This document shows, one piece after another, positions 35,965 through 45,143 of a stretch of 45,143 nt of DNA. The DNA is from Campylobacterales bacterium. Its GTDB lineage: Bacteria > Campylobacterota > Campylobacteria > Campylobacterales > SZUA-545. The notes under the pieces were generated by a model. That model searched no databases. It had not been told where the DNA came from and was given only the letters and a program-made list of their open reading frames with translations. Made by a program: the position numbers and the translations under genes. Position 1 is the stretch's first letter. Every line of letters starts with the position of its first letter. The stretch covers positions 1 through 45,143 of the forward strand of contig JBFWML010000014.1 in the NCBI GenBank assembly GCA_050251635.1. The letters are read 5' to 3'.

Positions 35965-36734
35965 TGGCGGACTTCGGGATTTACGGCGCAACCGGCCGTG
36001 TGGGCAAACTGCTTTCGGAGCAGCTTGCCAAAAACGCCGATCATAAGCTTGCCAGCGTCTATGTGCGCAAAGAGCTGGACTTTTCGCTGCCTGCTCAAAC
36101 CCTCGTCACCAATGACGTGGCAACCTTCCTGAAAAGCAGCGATATTGTGATTGATTTTACCTCCCCGGGCGGCACAGAGGTGCTGCTCGAGGCGGCGATG
36201 GCGGGCAATCCTACGCCGCTGGTGATCGGCACGACGGGACTTGAGACCCATCAGCAAAACCTGATGAAACAGGCCGCCGAAAAGATGCCGATCCTTTACG
36301 CCACCAACATGTCGCTGGGTGTGGCGCTGCTGAACAAACTGGTGTTTATGGCCGCCAAGGCGCTGCCCGATTTTGATATCGAGATTGTCGAAATGCACCA
36401 CAAGCACAAAAAAGACGCCCCCAGCGGAACGGCTCTGACTTTGGCGGCCACGGCGGCCAAGGGGCGTGACCTGGAGCTGGATAAGGTGCGCGTTAGCGGG
36501 CGTAACGGCCAGATCGGCGAGCGCACCGCCGATGAGATTGGCGTGCTGGCACTCCGCGGCGGTGATATTGTCGGCGAACACACGGTGGGCTACTACGGTG
36601 ATGGCGAACACATCCGCCTGACCCATACCGCCACCAGCCGGGCCACCTTTGCCGTGGGGGCGATCAAGGCGGGCCATTGGCTGATGCAGCAGCCAAACGG
36701 CCTCTATTCCATTCAGGACTATTTCCAGCTCTAA
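35964..36734 (+). CDS. dapB: 4-hydroxy-tetrahydrodipicolinate reductase
   Basis: 256 aa. GATGRVG N-terminus. E-x-HH-x-x-K-x-D-APSGTA motif (VEMHHKHKKDAPSGTA). Confidence 0.9.
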   Translation: MADFGIYGATGRVGKLLSEQLAKNADHKLASVYVRKELDFSLPAQTLVTNDVATFLKSSDIVIDFTSPGGTEVLLEAAMAGNPTPLVIGTTGLETHQQNLMKQAAEKMPILYATNMSLGVALLNKLVFMAAKALPDFDIEIVEMHHKHKKDAPSGTALTLAATAAKGRDLELDKVRVSGRNGQIGERTADEIGVLALRGGDIVGEHTVGYYGDGEHIRLTHTATSRATFAVGAIKAGHWLMQQPNGLYSIQDYFQL

Positions 36735-36746
36735 AAAGGTTTTCTC

Positions 36747-38102
36747 TTGCACGATTTACAGGAAAAATGCGCCGTTGTTGGGCTCTTTGGGGTACAGGGG
36801 GCTGCCAAACTGGCCTATCTGGGGCTGTATGCGATGCAGCACCGCGGTCAGGAAGCGACCGGCATTTCGGTCAGCGACGGCAAAAAAATCGCCACCATTA
36901 AAGATCGCGGCCTTGTGTCGCAGGTTTATAACGATGCCAAGCTGGCCAAGCTTCAAGGCGAAAATGCCGTTGGCCACAACCGCTACTCCACCGCCGGAGA
37001 GGATTCGATCCTGGATGCTCAGCCGGTTTTTGCCCGCTATGCGCTGGGTGAAATGGCCATCGCCCACAACGGCAATTTTCCCAACGGCCCCAAAGTCCGC
37101 CAGCAACTGATCGACGAGGGGGCGATTTTTCAGTCCTCCATGGACACCGAAAACCTCATCCATCTGATCGCCCGCAGCAAGGAAGCCCGGCTGCGCAACC
37201 GTATTCTAGACGCCCTCAGACAGGTGGACGGTGCCTATTCCCTGCTGTTTTTGAGCCGCACCAAACTCTTTGCTGCCCGCGATCCGCAGGGCTTCCGGCC
37301 GCTTTCCATCGCCAAGCTGGGCGATGGATATATGGTGGCCAGCGAGACCTGCGCCTTTGACCTGGCGGGCGCGGAGTATATCCGCGACATCGAACCGGGT
37401 GAAATGGTGATTTTCCAAGCCGGATGCGAGCCCGAGTCGATCCGTTTTGCCGAAGCCAAGCCCAAGCACTGCATTTTTGAGCACGTCTATTTTGCCCGTC
37501 CCGACAGCTTCCTCTTCGGCGACAGCGTTTACAACATCCGCAAAGAGCTGGGACGGATGCTGTGGCGCGAAGATCCGGTCGAGGCGGATATGGTCATTCC
37601 CGTGCCCGACTCCTCCATTCCCCATGCGATCGGCTATTCACAGGAGAGCGGCTTGCCCTTTGAGCTGGGCATTATCCGCAATCACTATGTGGGCCGGACC
37701 TTTATTGAGCCCATGCAAGAGATTCGCGACCTGAAGGTCAAGAAAAAGCTGAGCCCCATCAAGGAGTTGATCCGGGGCAAGCGGCTGGTGATTGTGGATG
37801 ATAGCATCGTCCGCGGCACCACCAGCAAAAAGATCGTGCAGCTGCTGCGCGAAAGCGGCGCTAAAGAGGTGCATATGCGCATCGCCTCTCCCCCGGTGGC
37901 TTTCCCCTGTTTTTACGGGATCGACACGCCCCATCAGGAGGAGCTGATCCGTCACCGTATGAATGTGGATGAGATGCGTACCTATCTGGGGGCCGATTCC
38001 CTCTCCTTTTTGTCGATCGAGTCACTCTCCAAGGCGGCCTCATCCCACGGTCAGTTCTGTCTGGCCTGTTTTGACGGGAACTATTTCCACACCGCTTCAT
38101 GA
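36747..38102 (+). CDS. purF: amidophosphoribosyltransferase
   Basis: 451 aa. Ntn-amidotransferase start (..KCAVVGLFG) after a short 7-residue propeptide. PRTase motif VIVDDSIVRGTT. C-terminal Cys ligands for a 4Fe-4S cluster. Confidence 0.9.
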   Translation: MHDLQEKCAVVGLFGVQGAAKLAYLGLYAMQHRGQEATGISVSDGKKIATIKDRGLVSQVYNDAKLAKLQGENAVGHNRYSTAGEDSILDAQPVFARYALGEMAIAHNGNFPNGPKVRQQLIDEGAIFQSSMDTENLIHLIARSKEARLRNRILDALRQVDGAYSLLFLSRTKLFAARDPQGFRPLSIAKLGDGYMVASETCAFDLAGAEYIRDIEPGEMVIFQAGCEPESIRFAEAKPKHCIFEHVYFARPDSFLFGDSVYNIRKELGRMLWREDPVEADMVIPVPDSSIPHAIGYSQESGLPFELGIIRNHYVGRTFIEPMQEIRDLKVKKKLSPIKELIRGKRLVIVDDSIVRGTTSKKIVQLLRESGAKEVHMRIASPPVAFPCFYGIDTPHQEELIRHRMNVDEMRTYLGADSLSFLSIESLSKAASSHGQFCLACFDGNYFHTAS

Positions 38103-39046
38103 GGCCTGTTGCCACCTTCGGGCGGTATCTCTTTGCGCGTTTCGGGTTTCCGGTGCGCAAGATTCCGCTCTCCATTCCCGGCTTAACCTGCCCGAATATC
38201 GACGGAACATTGGGGCGGGGCGGCTGCACCTACTGTGAGAACGAATCCTTTAGCCCCAACCTGAAAGAAAAAAGCCGCTTTTTTCTCTCGCCCAAAACCT
38301 TGGAAAATCCGCTGATCGAGCGTCAGATCGAGGCGCTGACTAGCCAGTATCTCTCCACCGCAAAGGCGTTAAAAAAGCAGGGGTTTCGCGGGTTTATCGC
38401 CTATTTTCAATCTTTTTCAAACACCTATGCACCCGTCGAAACCCTCAAAAGACTCTATGAGCGCGCGCTAAGGTTGCCCGGTTGCGTGGGGCTTTCCATC
38501 GGAACCCGAGCCGACTGCATTACCCAGGAGAGTTTGGATTATCTGGCCGATCTGGCGCGGCGGACGGAGCTTTGGGTGGAGATTGGCGTTCAGAGTAGCC
38601 ATGACAAAACGCTGGACTTGATTAACCGTTGCGAACGGTTTGAGGCGGTGGCGCAGATGATTGGCCGCCTAAGGGAGCGCAACATCCGCGTGTGCGCCCA
38701 TCTCATCTTCGGCCTGCCTGCGGAGGATGGGGCGATGATGCTCGAAACGTTGCGGCGGGTTGTGGCCTTGGGTGTAGAGTCGATCAAAATCCATCCACTC
38801 TATGTCGTTAAAAATACGGCGCTGGCCGCCTCTTTGCGGGCGGGCGGTTTTGAGCCGATGGATGAAGAGACCTATTTAGCGTTGGTGACCCGTGCGCTTG
38901 CGCAGTTGCCCGAGGGGATAATTGTTCAGCGCGTGAGTGCCGGAATCGATGACGAATCGCTGCTTGCGCCGTCGTGGTGCCGCAATAAAAACCGTGTGAT
39001 GGGCAAGCTGCGTGCGCGGCTGCTCAAAGAAGGCCTGAACTACTAA
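38099..39046 (+). CDS. TIGR01212-family radical SAM protein (YhcC-like)
   Basis: 315 aa. CPNIDGTLGRGGCTYC cluster motif. ATGA overlap with purF. Confidence 0.8.
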   Translation: MRPVATFGRYLFARFGFPVRKIPLSIPGLTCPNIDGTLGRGGCTYCENESFSPNLKEKSRFFLSPKTLENPLIERQIEALTSQYLSTAKALKKQGFRGFIAYFQSFSNTYAPVETLKRLYERALRLPGCVGLSIGTRADCITQESLDYLADLARRTELWVEIGVQSSHDKTLDLINRCERFEAVAQMIGRLRERNIRVCAHLIFGLPAEDGAMMLETLRRVVALGVESIKIHPLYVVKNTALAASLRAGGFEPMDEETYLALVTRALAQLPEGIIVQRVSAGIDDESLLAPSWCRNKNRVMGKLRARLLKEGLNY

Positions 39047-39567
39047 CGGCAGCGCAGATTGATTGAAACGGTGAGGTTTTGTTCGTAAGTGACGCCGGGT
39101 AGCTCCACCTCAAAGGGGTGGCGCATTTGCGGCGCGATTGGATGGCTGAGTGTCTGCTCGCCTTGGGAGAGCGGGCGCACCAGCTTGAAAAGATAGTCCG
39201 CAATACCCGTCGGGGGAGGGTAGCCTTTGGTTTTGATCACGCAGCCGTACAGGGTTTGAGAGCCGACGTTGAGCACATGGCCCCGGACGATCGCCTTGTC
39301 TTGATAGTAGAGGTTTTGCAGGGTGACCTCTTGCATAACGGCGGGTTTGTAGAGGCTTTCGACGGCCCAGTAGGCTGCCAAAGGTCCCGCCGTCAGCATG
39401 GCCAGCGAGGTCATCTGCAAAATCAGTGAGGTTTTTGGGCGGTAGGCCATAAAGATGGCGGCCGCCAGAAAGAGAATCACCAGAATAAAAGTGACGCCGA
39501 AGGCGATGGCGTGCCAATGGGTCAGGGAGTAGAGAAAATCGTCCCCCCACGCAATAACGCGCGCCAC
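39043..39567 (-). CDS. hypothetical membrane protein (two TM helices, DUF2393-like)
   Basis: 174 aa. Hydrophobic segments AIAFGVTFILVILFLAAAIFMAY and LAMLTAGPLAAYWAV. Confidence 0.45.
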   Translation of the reverse strand: MARVIAWGDDFLYSLTHWHAIAFGVTFILVILFLAAAIFMAYRPKTSLILQMTSLAMLTAGPLAAYWAVESLYKPAVMQEVTLQNLYYQDKAIVRGHVLNVGSQTLYGCVIKTKGYPPPTGIADYLFKLVRPLSQGEQTLSHPIAPQMRHPFEVELPGVTYEQNLTVSINLRCR

Positions 39568-39611
39568 TTCGGGGTGGCCCGTGAAGCGTTCAAGCGCGAT
39601 ATTGAGCTGCT

Positions 39612-40280
39612 CTAGCTGTTTCGTTGCCGTTTCTCCTCAAGGCCGCTGAGGCCTTCGCGCCGCGCAAGCTCCTGACGGATGAGATCGGGGCTGACTCCTT
39701 TGTGGCCCAGCGCAACCAGTGTGTGAAAAAGCAGGTCCGCCGCTTCGTAAACGATCTGTTCGCGATCGTTGTCCTTAACGGCAAAACAAAACTCCCCCGC
39801 CTCTTCGACCACCTTTTTCAAAATGGCGTTGTCACCCTTTTTAAAAAGCGAAGCCACATAGGAGCTGCCCGCGTCGGCCTGTTTGCGCTCCAGGATTGTG
39901 TGATAAAGCGCATCCACAACCCCATAGGCGGTGGCGGGGTCTTTGATGGGTTCGCTGATGATTTTTTCGCTTTGCACGTCGTTGAAAAAGCAGCTTTTGC
40001 GGCCCGTATGGCAGGCCGGTCCGGTCTGTTCAACCACATACAAAACCGCGTCGCCGTCGCAGTCGGAGAGGACTTGCGTAATCTTTTGCAGATGGCCGCT
40101 CTCTTCACCCTTTTTCCACAGCCGTTCGCGGCTGCGGGAATAGTAGTGGGCGTAACCCGTTTGCAGGGTCAGTTCGTAGGCTTCGCGGTTCGCATAGGCC
40201 AGCATCAACACCTCGCCCGTGCCCGCCTCTTGCGTGACAACGGGAATGAGCGGGGTTTTTTGCCAGTCGATGCGAATCAT
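39612..40280 (-). CDS. hisIE: bifunctional phosphoribosyl-AMP cyclohydrolase / phosphoribosyl-ATP pyrophosphatase
   Basis: 222 aa. HisI region with CHTGR.SCFF. HisE MazG-like C-terminal region. Confidence 0.9.
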   Translation of the reverse strand: MIRIDWQKTPLIPVVTQEAGTGEVLMLAYANREAYELTLQTGYAHYYSRSRERLWKKGEESGHLQKITQVLSDCDGDAVLYVVEQTGPACHTGRKSCFFNDVQSEKIISEPIKDPATAYGVVDALYHTILERKQADAGSSYVASLFKKGDNAILKKVVEEAGEFCFAVKDNDREQIVYEAADLLFHTLVALGHKGVSPDLIRQELARREGLSGLEEKRQRNS

Positions 40281-40281
40281 G

Positions 40282-41361
40282 TTAGCGGCCGATGGAGGAG
40301 GCGCGCTGCGCGTCTTTGTTGTCCACCCAGATATTGGGCACCGCCCCGCCGGGGGTCAGGAAGATTTTGGCGTCTTTGTTTTCGCGCAAAGCTTCGTTGA
40401 ACTTGCCCTGAACTTCGATCTGGCGGAGGTTGATCAGGTTGGGGGTCAAGGACTGGGCGATCAATGCGTTGGCCTTGGCCTGCGCTTCGGCCTCAATGCG
40501 GGTCCGATCGGCGCGGCCCTGAGCGGAAATCCGCTCGGCTTCGGCCAGACCGCGCGCCTCTTCGGCTTTGCGCAGGGCTTCTTGTTTGGCCTGCTCAACC
40601 AGGTTGCGGGCGCGTTCGGCTTCCTGACGGGCCACTTGCACCTGTTCGATCTGCTCTTTGATCCGCGTGGGCAGCACAATGCCGCGCAGCTGAATACCCA
40701 GAAGTCCGATGGACTGGCCGTCGATCTTTTCCAGCGCTTCACGCATACGATCTTCGATTTGCGTGGCGATGACGTTGCGGTTAAGGGGCAGCTCTTCGGC
40801 GGTGTAGTTGCCGATCACGCTGCGCACCACATCGCGGGCGGCGGGGCTGATGGTTTTATCTTCCCAGTTCAGGCCCAGCGTGGCAATGGTAAAGGGAGCC
40901 TGTTCGGCTTTGAGGGCGTACTGGATGGTAATCTCCACATCAACGGGCAGACCGCGGGCGTCCAGAACCGAGATCGGCGGGCGCTCGTTGATACCCCGGC
41001 GATCGCTGATCGCTTCGGCGGCGCTGTAGTTGACCACGCGCATGCGGGTGTCCTGAATGATCACCTTCTGCACAAAGGGAATCACCACATGAAAGCCCGG
41101 CTGCAAAGGCCGCTCTTCGTATTTACCCAGCGTGACCAAAATGCCCACTTCGCCGGAGTTGACAATCACAAAGGGGCGCGCCAGCACCAGCAGCACAACA
41201 AGGCCGATCACGGCATAGATCCAGCCGCCCTTGGGTGCGCCAAAGTTTTTCATAAAGTCCGGGGCGTTCATACCCGGAGGGCGGGGGCCGCCACCGCCGC
41301 CTTCGCCGCCGCCGTTTCCGGCACGCTGTTTCTTGAAATAATCGTTCATATCTGCAGGCAT
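40282..41361 (-). CDS. SPFH/band-7 (prohibitin/HflK-like) membrane protein with Gly-rich N-terminus and C-terminal coiled coil
   Basis: 359 aa. One TM helix ([15 protein letters not shown]). SPFH core. AEAQAKA heptad region. Confidence 0.8.
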   Translation of the reverse strand: MPADMNDYFKKQRAGNGGGEGGGGGPRPPGMNAPDFMKNFGAPKGGWIYAVIGLVVLLVLARPFVIVNSGEVGILVTLGKYEERPLQPGFHVVIPFVQKVIIQDTRMRVVNYSAAEAISDRRGINERPPISVLDARGLPVDVEITIQYALKAEQAPFTIATLGLNWEDKTISPAARDVVRSVIGNYTAEELPLNRNVIATQIEDRMREALEKIDGQSIGLLGIQLRGIVLPTRIKEQIEQVQVARQEAERARNLVEQAKQEALRKAEEARGLAEAERISAQGRADRTRIEAEAQAKANALIAQSLTPNLINLRQIEVQGKFNEALRENKDAKIFLTPGGAVPNIWVDNKDAQRASSIGR

Positions 41362-41371
41362 TGGTTTCCTT

Positions 41372-42289
41372 TTATTTGATCAATGTCAGGTAGTGGCTGT
41401 AGGCCGGGTTGCGGCCGTAAACCACGTCGAAATAGGCGTTTTGCAGCTTTTCGGTCATTTCGCCGCGCTTGCCGTTGCCGATCGGGCGCGAATCGATTTC
41501 GCGGATGGGGGTCAGCTCCGCCGCGGTTCCGGTGAAAAACGCTTCGTCGGAAACATACACTTCGTCGCGGGTCAGGCGGCGGCGTTCAACGGTGATTCCC
41601 ATGCTTTTTGCCAGCTCGATCACGGTCGCCTGAGTGATGGACTCCAGCGAATTTTCGTTGGGGGGCGTGATCAAAACGCCGTTGCGGACGATAAAGAAGC
41701 ACTCGCCGCTGCCTTCGGCGATAAAACCCTCTTCATCCAAGAGCAGCGCCTCGTCGTAACCCGCCTCTTTGGCTTCGTACTTGGCCATCTGGGAGTTGAG
41801 GTAGTTGGCGCTCGCTTTGGCTTTACCCATCGTGGAGCGGATGGAGTTGCGGGTAAAGGAGCTGATTTTAACGCGAATGCCGTTTTTCAGGCCGTCTTCA
41901 CCCAAGTATGCGCCCCATTCCCACGCGGCGATCGCCACATTGACGGGCGCTTGTTTGTGGTAAACGCCCATGACGCCGTAACCCAAAAAGACGATCGGGC
42001 GCAGATACACGTTGCCGTCGAAGCTGTTTTTCTTCAGCAGTTCGATCTGCGCCTTTTCCAGCTCTTCTACGGAAAAGGGGCAGTTGATCAGCGTGATCTT
42101 GGCGGAGTTAAGAAGCCGCTTGGTGTGGTCACGCAGGCGGAAGATTGCCAGTCCCTTGTCGGTTTTGTAAGCGCGGGTGCCTTCAAACGCGGTGTTGCCG
42201 TAGTGGAGCGAGTGGGTCAGCACGTGAACCTTCGCATCGTCCCATGCCACAAACTTGCCGTCCATCCAGATATATTGAGCCGCTTTCAC
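41372..42289 (-). CDS. ilvE: branched-chain amino acid aminotransferase
   Basis: Class IV aminotransferase. IWMDGKFV N-terminus. E-x-GxxNxF motif (EGSGECFF). Start proposed at GTG 42289; the track extends to TTG 42331. Confidence 0.85.
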   Translation of the reverse strand: MKAAQYIWMDGKFVAWDDAKVHVLTHSLHYGNTAFEGTRAYKTDKGLAIFRLRDHTKRLLNSAKITLINCPFSVEELEKAQIELLKKNSFDGNVYLRPIVFLGYGVMGVYHKQAPVNVAIAAWEWGAYLGEDGLKNGIRVKISSFTRNSIRSTMGKAKASANYLNSQMAKYEAKEAGYDEALLLDEEGFIAEGSGECFFIVRNGVLITPPNENSLESITQATVIELAKSMGITVERRRLTRDEVYVSDEAFFTGTAAELTPIREIDSRPIGNGKRGEMTEKLQNAYFDVVYGRNPAYSHYLTLIK

Positions 42290-42337
42290 TGCTATGCCTT
42301 CTTGTGTAAAAAATCGCGCCCATCTTACCAAAACGCC

Positions 42338-42350
42338 CCTTTGTTAGAAT
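42338..42350 (+). promoter_or_regulatory. CCTTTGTTAGAAT extended -10-like element upstream of the aldehyde dehydrogenase gene
   Basis: Same 13-mer as at 27796-27808. AAGGA SD follows, 6 nt before the ATG at 42381. Confidence 0.3.
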
Positions 42351-42380
42351 TGCGCACGACAACGGCAAAAAGGACACTCA

Positions 42381-43802
42381 ATGCAAAACCGGGCGGAGAT
42401 TTTGATCGGTTCTCAAGTCAGACAGGCGGCGGATTACACGGTGGTAAAAAACCCCTACGACGGCGCAGAGGCGTCGCGGGCGGCGGTGTGCGGCGTGAAC
42501 GACGCGCTGGACGCGATCGAAACCGCTTACACAGCCCGTAAAAGCGCTGCCAATGCGCCTTTGCACCGCCGGATTGCATGGCTCAATGACGCGGCCTTGC
42601 GGATCGAGCAGAACAAAGAGCTCTACGCCCGCGCCGTCACCGCCGAGAGCGCCAAACCGATCGGCGCGGCGCGTGCAGAGGTGGACCGCTGCATCGAAAC
42701 GATCCGCGTAACGGCAATGGAGGCGCTTAACCTCGGCGGCGAACTGTTTAACACCGACGCCACGCCGTCGGGGGTGAAAACATTGGCCTTTTACAAACGG
42801 GTTCCGGTGGGGGTGGTGGCGGCGATTACCCCCTTTAATTTTCCGCTGAACCTCGTGGCCCACAAAATGGCTCCGGCGCTGGCGGCGGGCAATACGATGG
42901 TGCTCAAACCCGCGCCGCAAACCCCCTATTGCGGTTACCTGCTGGCCCGCGCGTTTATCGACAGCCCCTTTGCCACACCCGACGCGCTGAGCGTCGTGTA
43001 CGGCGACGCAGAGGTGGGCACGGCGCTGATTGCCAACGAGCTGGTGCGCAAGGTCAGTTTTACCGGATCGGTTCCGGTGGGCAAAATTATTCTCAAAAAC
43101 GCGGGGCTGAAAAAGGTGTCCCTCGAATTGGGCGGTAACGCGGCGACCTATGTGACCAAAGAGGCCGACTTGGTTCATGCCGCCGCCCGTTGCGCGATTG
43201 GGGCGTTCGGCAACGCGGGGCAGGTGTGTATCAGTTTGCAGCGCATTTACGTCGATGCCGACGTGCATGATCAGTTCGCGCACCTGCTGGCTAAAGAGGC
43301 GGCCAAACTCAAGGTGGGTAGCTGCCACGACGCGGAGACCTTTATTTCGGCCTTGATCGATGAAAACGCCGCCAAGCGGGCTAAAAACTGGGTCGATCAG
43401 GCCGTGGCCGCTGGGGCGCGGGTTGTCAGCGGCGGCGAGCAAAAAGGCGCGGTGCTTAGCCCAACGGTGCTGGCCGATGTGACCGACGAGATGGCGGTGG
43501 TGTGCGAAGAGGTGTTCGCGCCGATCGTCAGTCTGGTTAAGGTGTTTAGCGCCGATGAGGCCTTTGAGCGGATGAACGATTCGCCCTACGGACTCCAATT
43601 TTCGGTCTTTACAAACGATCTGGCCCTTTCAAAACGGGCAATGGAGGAGCTTGAGTGCGGCGGCGTGGTGATTAACGACATTCCGACCCTGCGGTTCGAT
43701 CTGCAGCCCTACGGCGGCGTCAAATACAGCGGCATCGGGCGCGAGGGGCCGAAATACGCGCTGGAGGAGATGACGGAGATCAGAAGCATCGTGATACGAT
43801 AG
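42381..43802 (+). CDS. NAD(P)-dependent aldehyde dehydrogenase
   Basis: 473 aa. Glu motif LELGGNA. Catalytic Cys region GQVCISLQRIYV. Confidence 0.85.
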   Translation: MQNRAEILIGSQVRQAADYTVVKNPYDGAEASRAAVCGVNDALDAIETAYTARKSAANAPLHRRIAWLNDAALRIEQNKELYARAVTAESAKPIGAARAEVDRCIETIRVTAMEALNLGGELFNTDATPSGVKTLAFYKRVPVGVVAAITPFNFPLNLVAHKMAPALAAGNTMVLKPAPQTPYCGYLLARAFIDSPFATPDALSVVYGDAEVGTALIANELVRKVSFTGSVPVGKIILKNAGLKKVSLELGGNAATYVTKEADLVHAAARCAIGAFGNAGQVCISLQRIYVDADVHDQFAHLLAKEAAKLKVGSCHDAETFISALIDENAAKRAKNWVDQAVAAGARVVSGGEQKGAVLSPTVLADVTDEMAVVCEEVFAPIVSLVKVFSADEAFERMNDSPYGLQFSVFTNDLALSKRAMEELECGGVVINDIPTLRFDLQPYGGVKYSGIGREGPKYALEEMTEIRSIVIR

Positions 43803-43838
43803 TCGCAAAAGTTTACAACTTAAGAAAACGGGGTTTTT

Positions 43839-45143
43839 ATGCCGTTTAAGTGGCTGGGTTTTCAAACTGTGTCCGATGAGGAGCATGTCGCAATCCGTCC
43901 CATTCGTGAGGCGCTGAGCATCTGGCTGATGATGGCGGTCATTGCCGCCGCCAGTTTCGGATGGATCTATCAGCGTTCCCTCGCGCTTCAACAGCAGACG
44001 ATCGATCAGGAGCTAACCTGGCTAGCTTCGACCGCCGCGTCGCTGATCGACGGCGAAAAACACAAACTAATTACGCAGCCGGAACAGACCGACGGCGATC
44101 TGTACAAAAGCCTGATCGCACCGCTGGTGGGTTACCACCGCGCCGCGCCCTCCTTGTATTACGTTTATACGGTGACGCTGATTGACTCCAAAGCCTATTT
44201 TGTGCTGGATACCGCCAAATATGTGCGCGATCTGCGCCCCACCGTCGCGCTTTCCCCCAGCCGCGTGATGGATGTGTACGAAGAGCCCGATCCGGCGATG
44301 GTGCGGGCCCTTGAAAAGGGGATGATCACCGTCGGCGAACTTTACACCGACGAGTTCGGCACCTTTAAAAGCGCCTACGCCCCCTTTTATGATGCAAACA
44401 AAGAGCCCGCCGGCGCGGTCGGCGTGGATTTGAGCGCGCAGGAGTATATGGCCCGCATCGACGAGGTATTTATGGTCTGCCTCTACGGACTGCTCATCTC
44501 CGTGGCGCTGGCGACCCTGATCGCGCTGCTCATTTACAAGGTGCGCTCCAATACCCTCAAGCGCGAGCTGCAATACGACATCGAGCGGCGGGAAAAAGAG
44601 CGGCTCTTGGCGGAGAAAAACCGGGAAAACGAGCGGCTGCTGGCCAACATTCTGCCTCACGCGATCGCCCTGCGGCTTAAGGGGGGCGAAGGACTGATCG
44701 CCGACGCCCACGAGCGGGTGACGGTCGTATTCGTCGATCTGGCGGGTTTTACCCGTTACAGCGCCGGACAGCCCGCGCGGCGTGTGGTGGATACCCTCAA
44801 CCGCATTTTTACGATGATGGATAACCTGACGGTCAAATACAATCTGGAAAAGATCAAAACCATCGGCGATTCGTATATGGTGGTGGGCGGCCTGGATCCG
44901 CTGGATGATGAACACCTAAGCCGCGTGGCGGAGATGACCTTGGAGATGATTGCCGAGTTTGAGACCATTAAAAAGGCGCTCAACGCGCCGGAGTTTAATA
45001 TCCGCGTGGGCGTGGCGACCGGGCCGGTGGTGGCCGGGGTGATCGGCAGCGTGAAGTTTGTCTATGACCTCTGGGGCGATACGGTCAACACCGCCAGCCG
45101 GATGGAGTCCCACTCGCAGCCGGGCAAAATCCAGTGCAACGAA
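43839..45143 (+). CDS. class III adenylate/guanylate cyclase with N-terminal TM-periplasmic-TM sensor module (3' partial, runs off window)
   Basis: Not in the ORF track because it has no stop in the window. ATG at 43839. Two TM segments flank about 170 periplasmic residues. Cyclase motifs VTVVFVDLAGFT, KIKTIGDSYMVVGG, VYDLWGDTVNTASRMES. Confidence 0.75.
   Translation, partial: MPFKWLGFQTVSDEEHVAIRPIREALSIWLMMAVIAAASFGWIYQRSLALQQQTIDQELTWLASTAASLIDGEKHKLITQPEQTDGDLYKSLIAPLVGYHRAAPSLYYVYTVTLIDSKAYFVLDTAKYVRDLRPTVALSPSRVMDVYEEPDPAMVRALEKGMITVGELYTDEFGTFKSAYAPFYDANKEPAGAVGVDLSAQEYMARIDEVFMVCLYGLLISVALATLIALLIYKVRSNTLKRELQYDIERREKERLLAEKNRENERLLANILPHAIALRLKGGEGLIADAHERVTVVFVDLAGFTRYSAGQPARRVVDTLNRIFTMMDNLTVKYNLEKIKTIGDSYMVVGGLDPLDDEHLSRVAEMTLEMIAEFETIKKALNAPEFNIRVGVATGPVVAGVIGSVKFVYDLWGDTVNTASRMESHSQPGKIQCNE

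Noticed and set aside
40219-41379. 386-aa plus-strand ORF
   Set aside because: Antisense to the SPFH/band-7 gene. Low-complexity translation.
42378-43598. 406-aa minus-strand ORF
   Set aside because: Antisense to the aldehyde dehydrogenase gene, which has the catalytic Cys/Glu motifs.
44067-44915. 282-aa minus-strand ORF
   Set aside because: Antisense to the adenylyl cyclase frame, which contains unmistakable cyclase motifs.
1-45143. CRISPR arrays, tandem repeats, IS elements/transposases, tRNA or rRNA genes
   Set aside because: Scanned intergenic regions for direct-repeat arrays, tRNA-like T-loop sequences and transposase/integrase-like ORFs, and found none. Intergenic spaces are short (mostly under 120 bp).

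Overview
This is a dense, high-GC (about 60%) chromosomal window from a flagellated Gram-negative bacterium. About 50 protein genes are packed into co-directional blocks that are tightly spaced or overlapping. No rRNA, tRNA, CRISPR array or transposase was recognised. The six-frame track allows GTG and TTG as starts, and the high GC produces many long antisense ORFs that are not genes.

Most of the window is core metabolism and cell machinery:
- SAM cycle: metK, luxS.
- Arginine, cysteine and methionine: argB, cysK, metY.
- Aromatic and branched-chain amino acids and histidine: trpB, leuD, leuB, ilvE, hisIE, dapB.
- Purines: purF, purU, apt.
- Redox: trxA, trxB.
- tRNA: mnmA, cca.
- Flagellar rod: flgF and flgG behind a sigma54-type promoter.

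The most unusual element is at the left end. A six-gene minus-strand operon runs 2OG-Fe(II) oxygenase, long class II aldolase, LsrK-like autoinducer-2 (FGGY) kinase, cupin, luxS, metK. It couples production of the AI-2 precursor DPD to an lsr-independent kinase/aldolase set and has no LsrF, LsrG, LsrACDB or LsrR. Seventy-two bp away, transcribed divergently, is a translationally coupled periplasmic sugar-binding protein plus orphan sensor histidine kinase (LuxP/LuxQ- or TorT/TorS-like architecture).

Other notable items:
- A vapBC toxin-antitoxin pair whose stop overlaps the start of a 2',3'-cyclic phosphodiesterase (ThpR/LigT).
- An about 0.9 kb AT-rich islet encoding one secreted ORFan.
- A ThiF/MoeB-type E1 co-operonic with mnmA.
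- An Rrf2-cysK-metY sulfur cluster with a textbook sigma70 promoter and a structured metY leader.
- A second orphan histidine kinase with the same AHHWRQPL H-box, next to a SulP-STAS transporter and UspA.
- A REC-REC-PP2C phosphatase response regulator after the flagellar genes.
- A small tetraheme cytochrome c.
- A partial class III adenylyl cyclase with a periplasmic sensor domain at the right edge.
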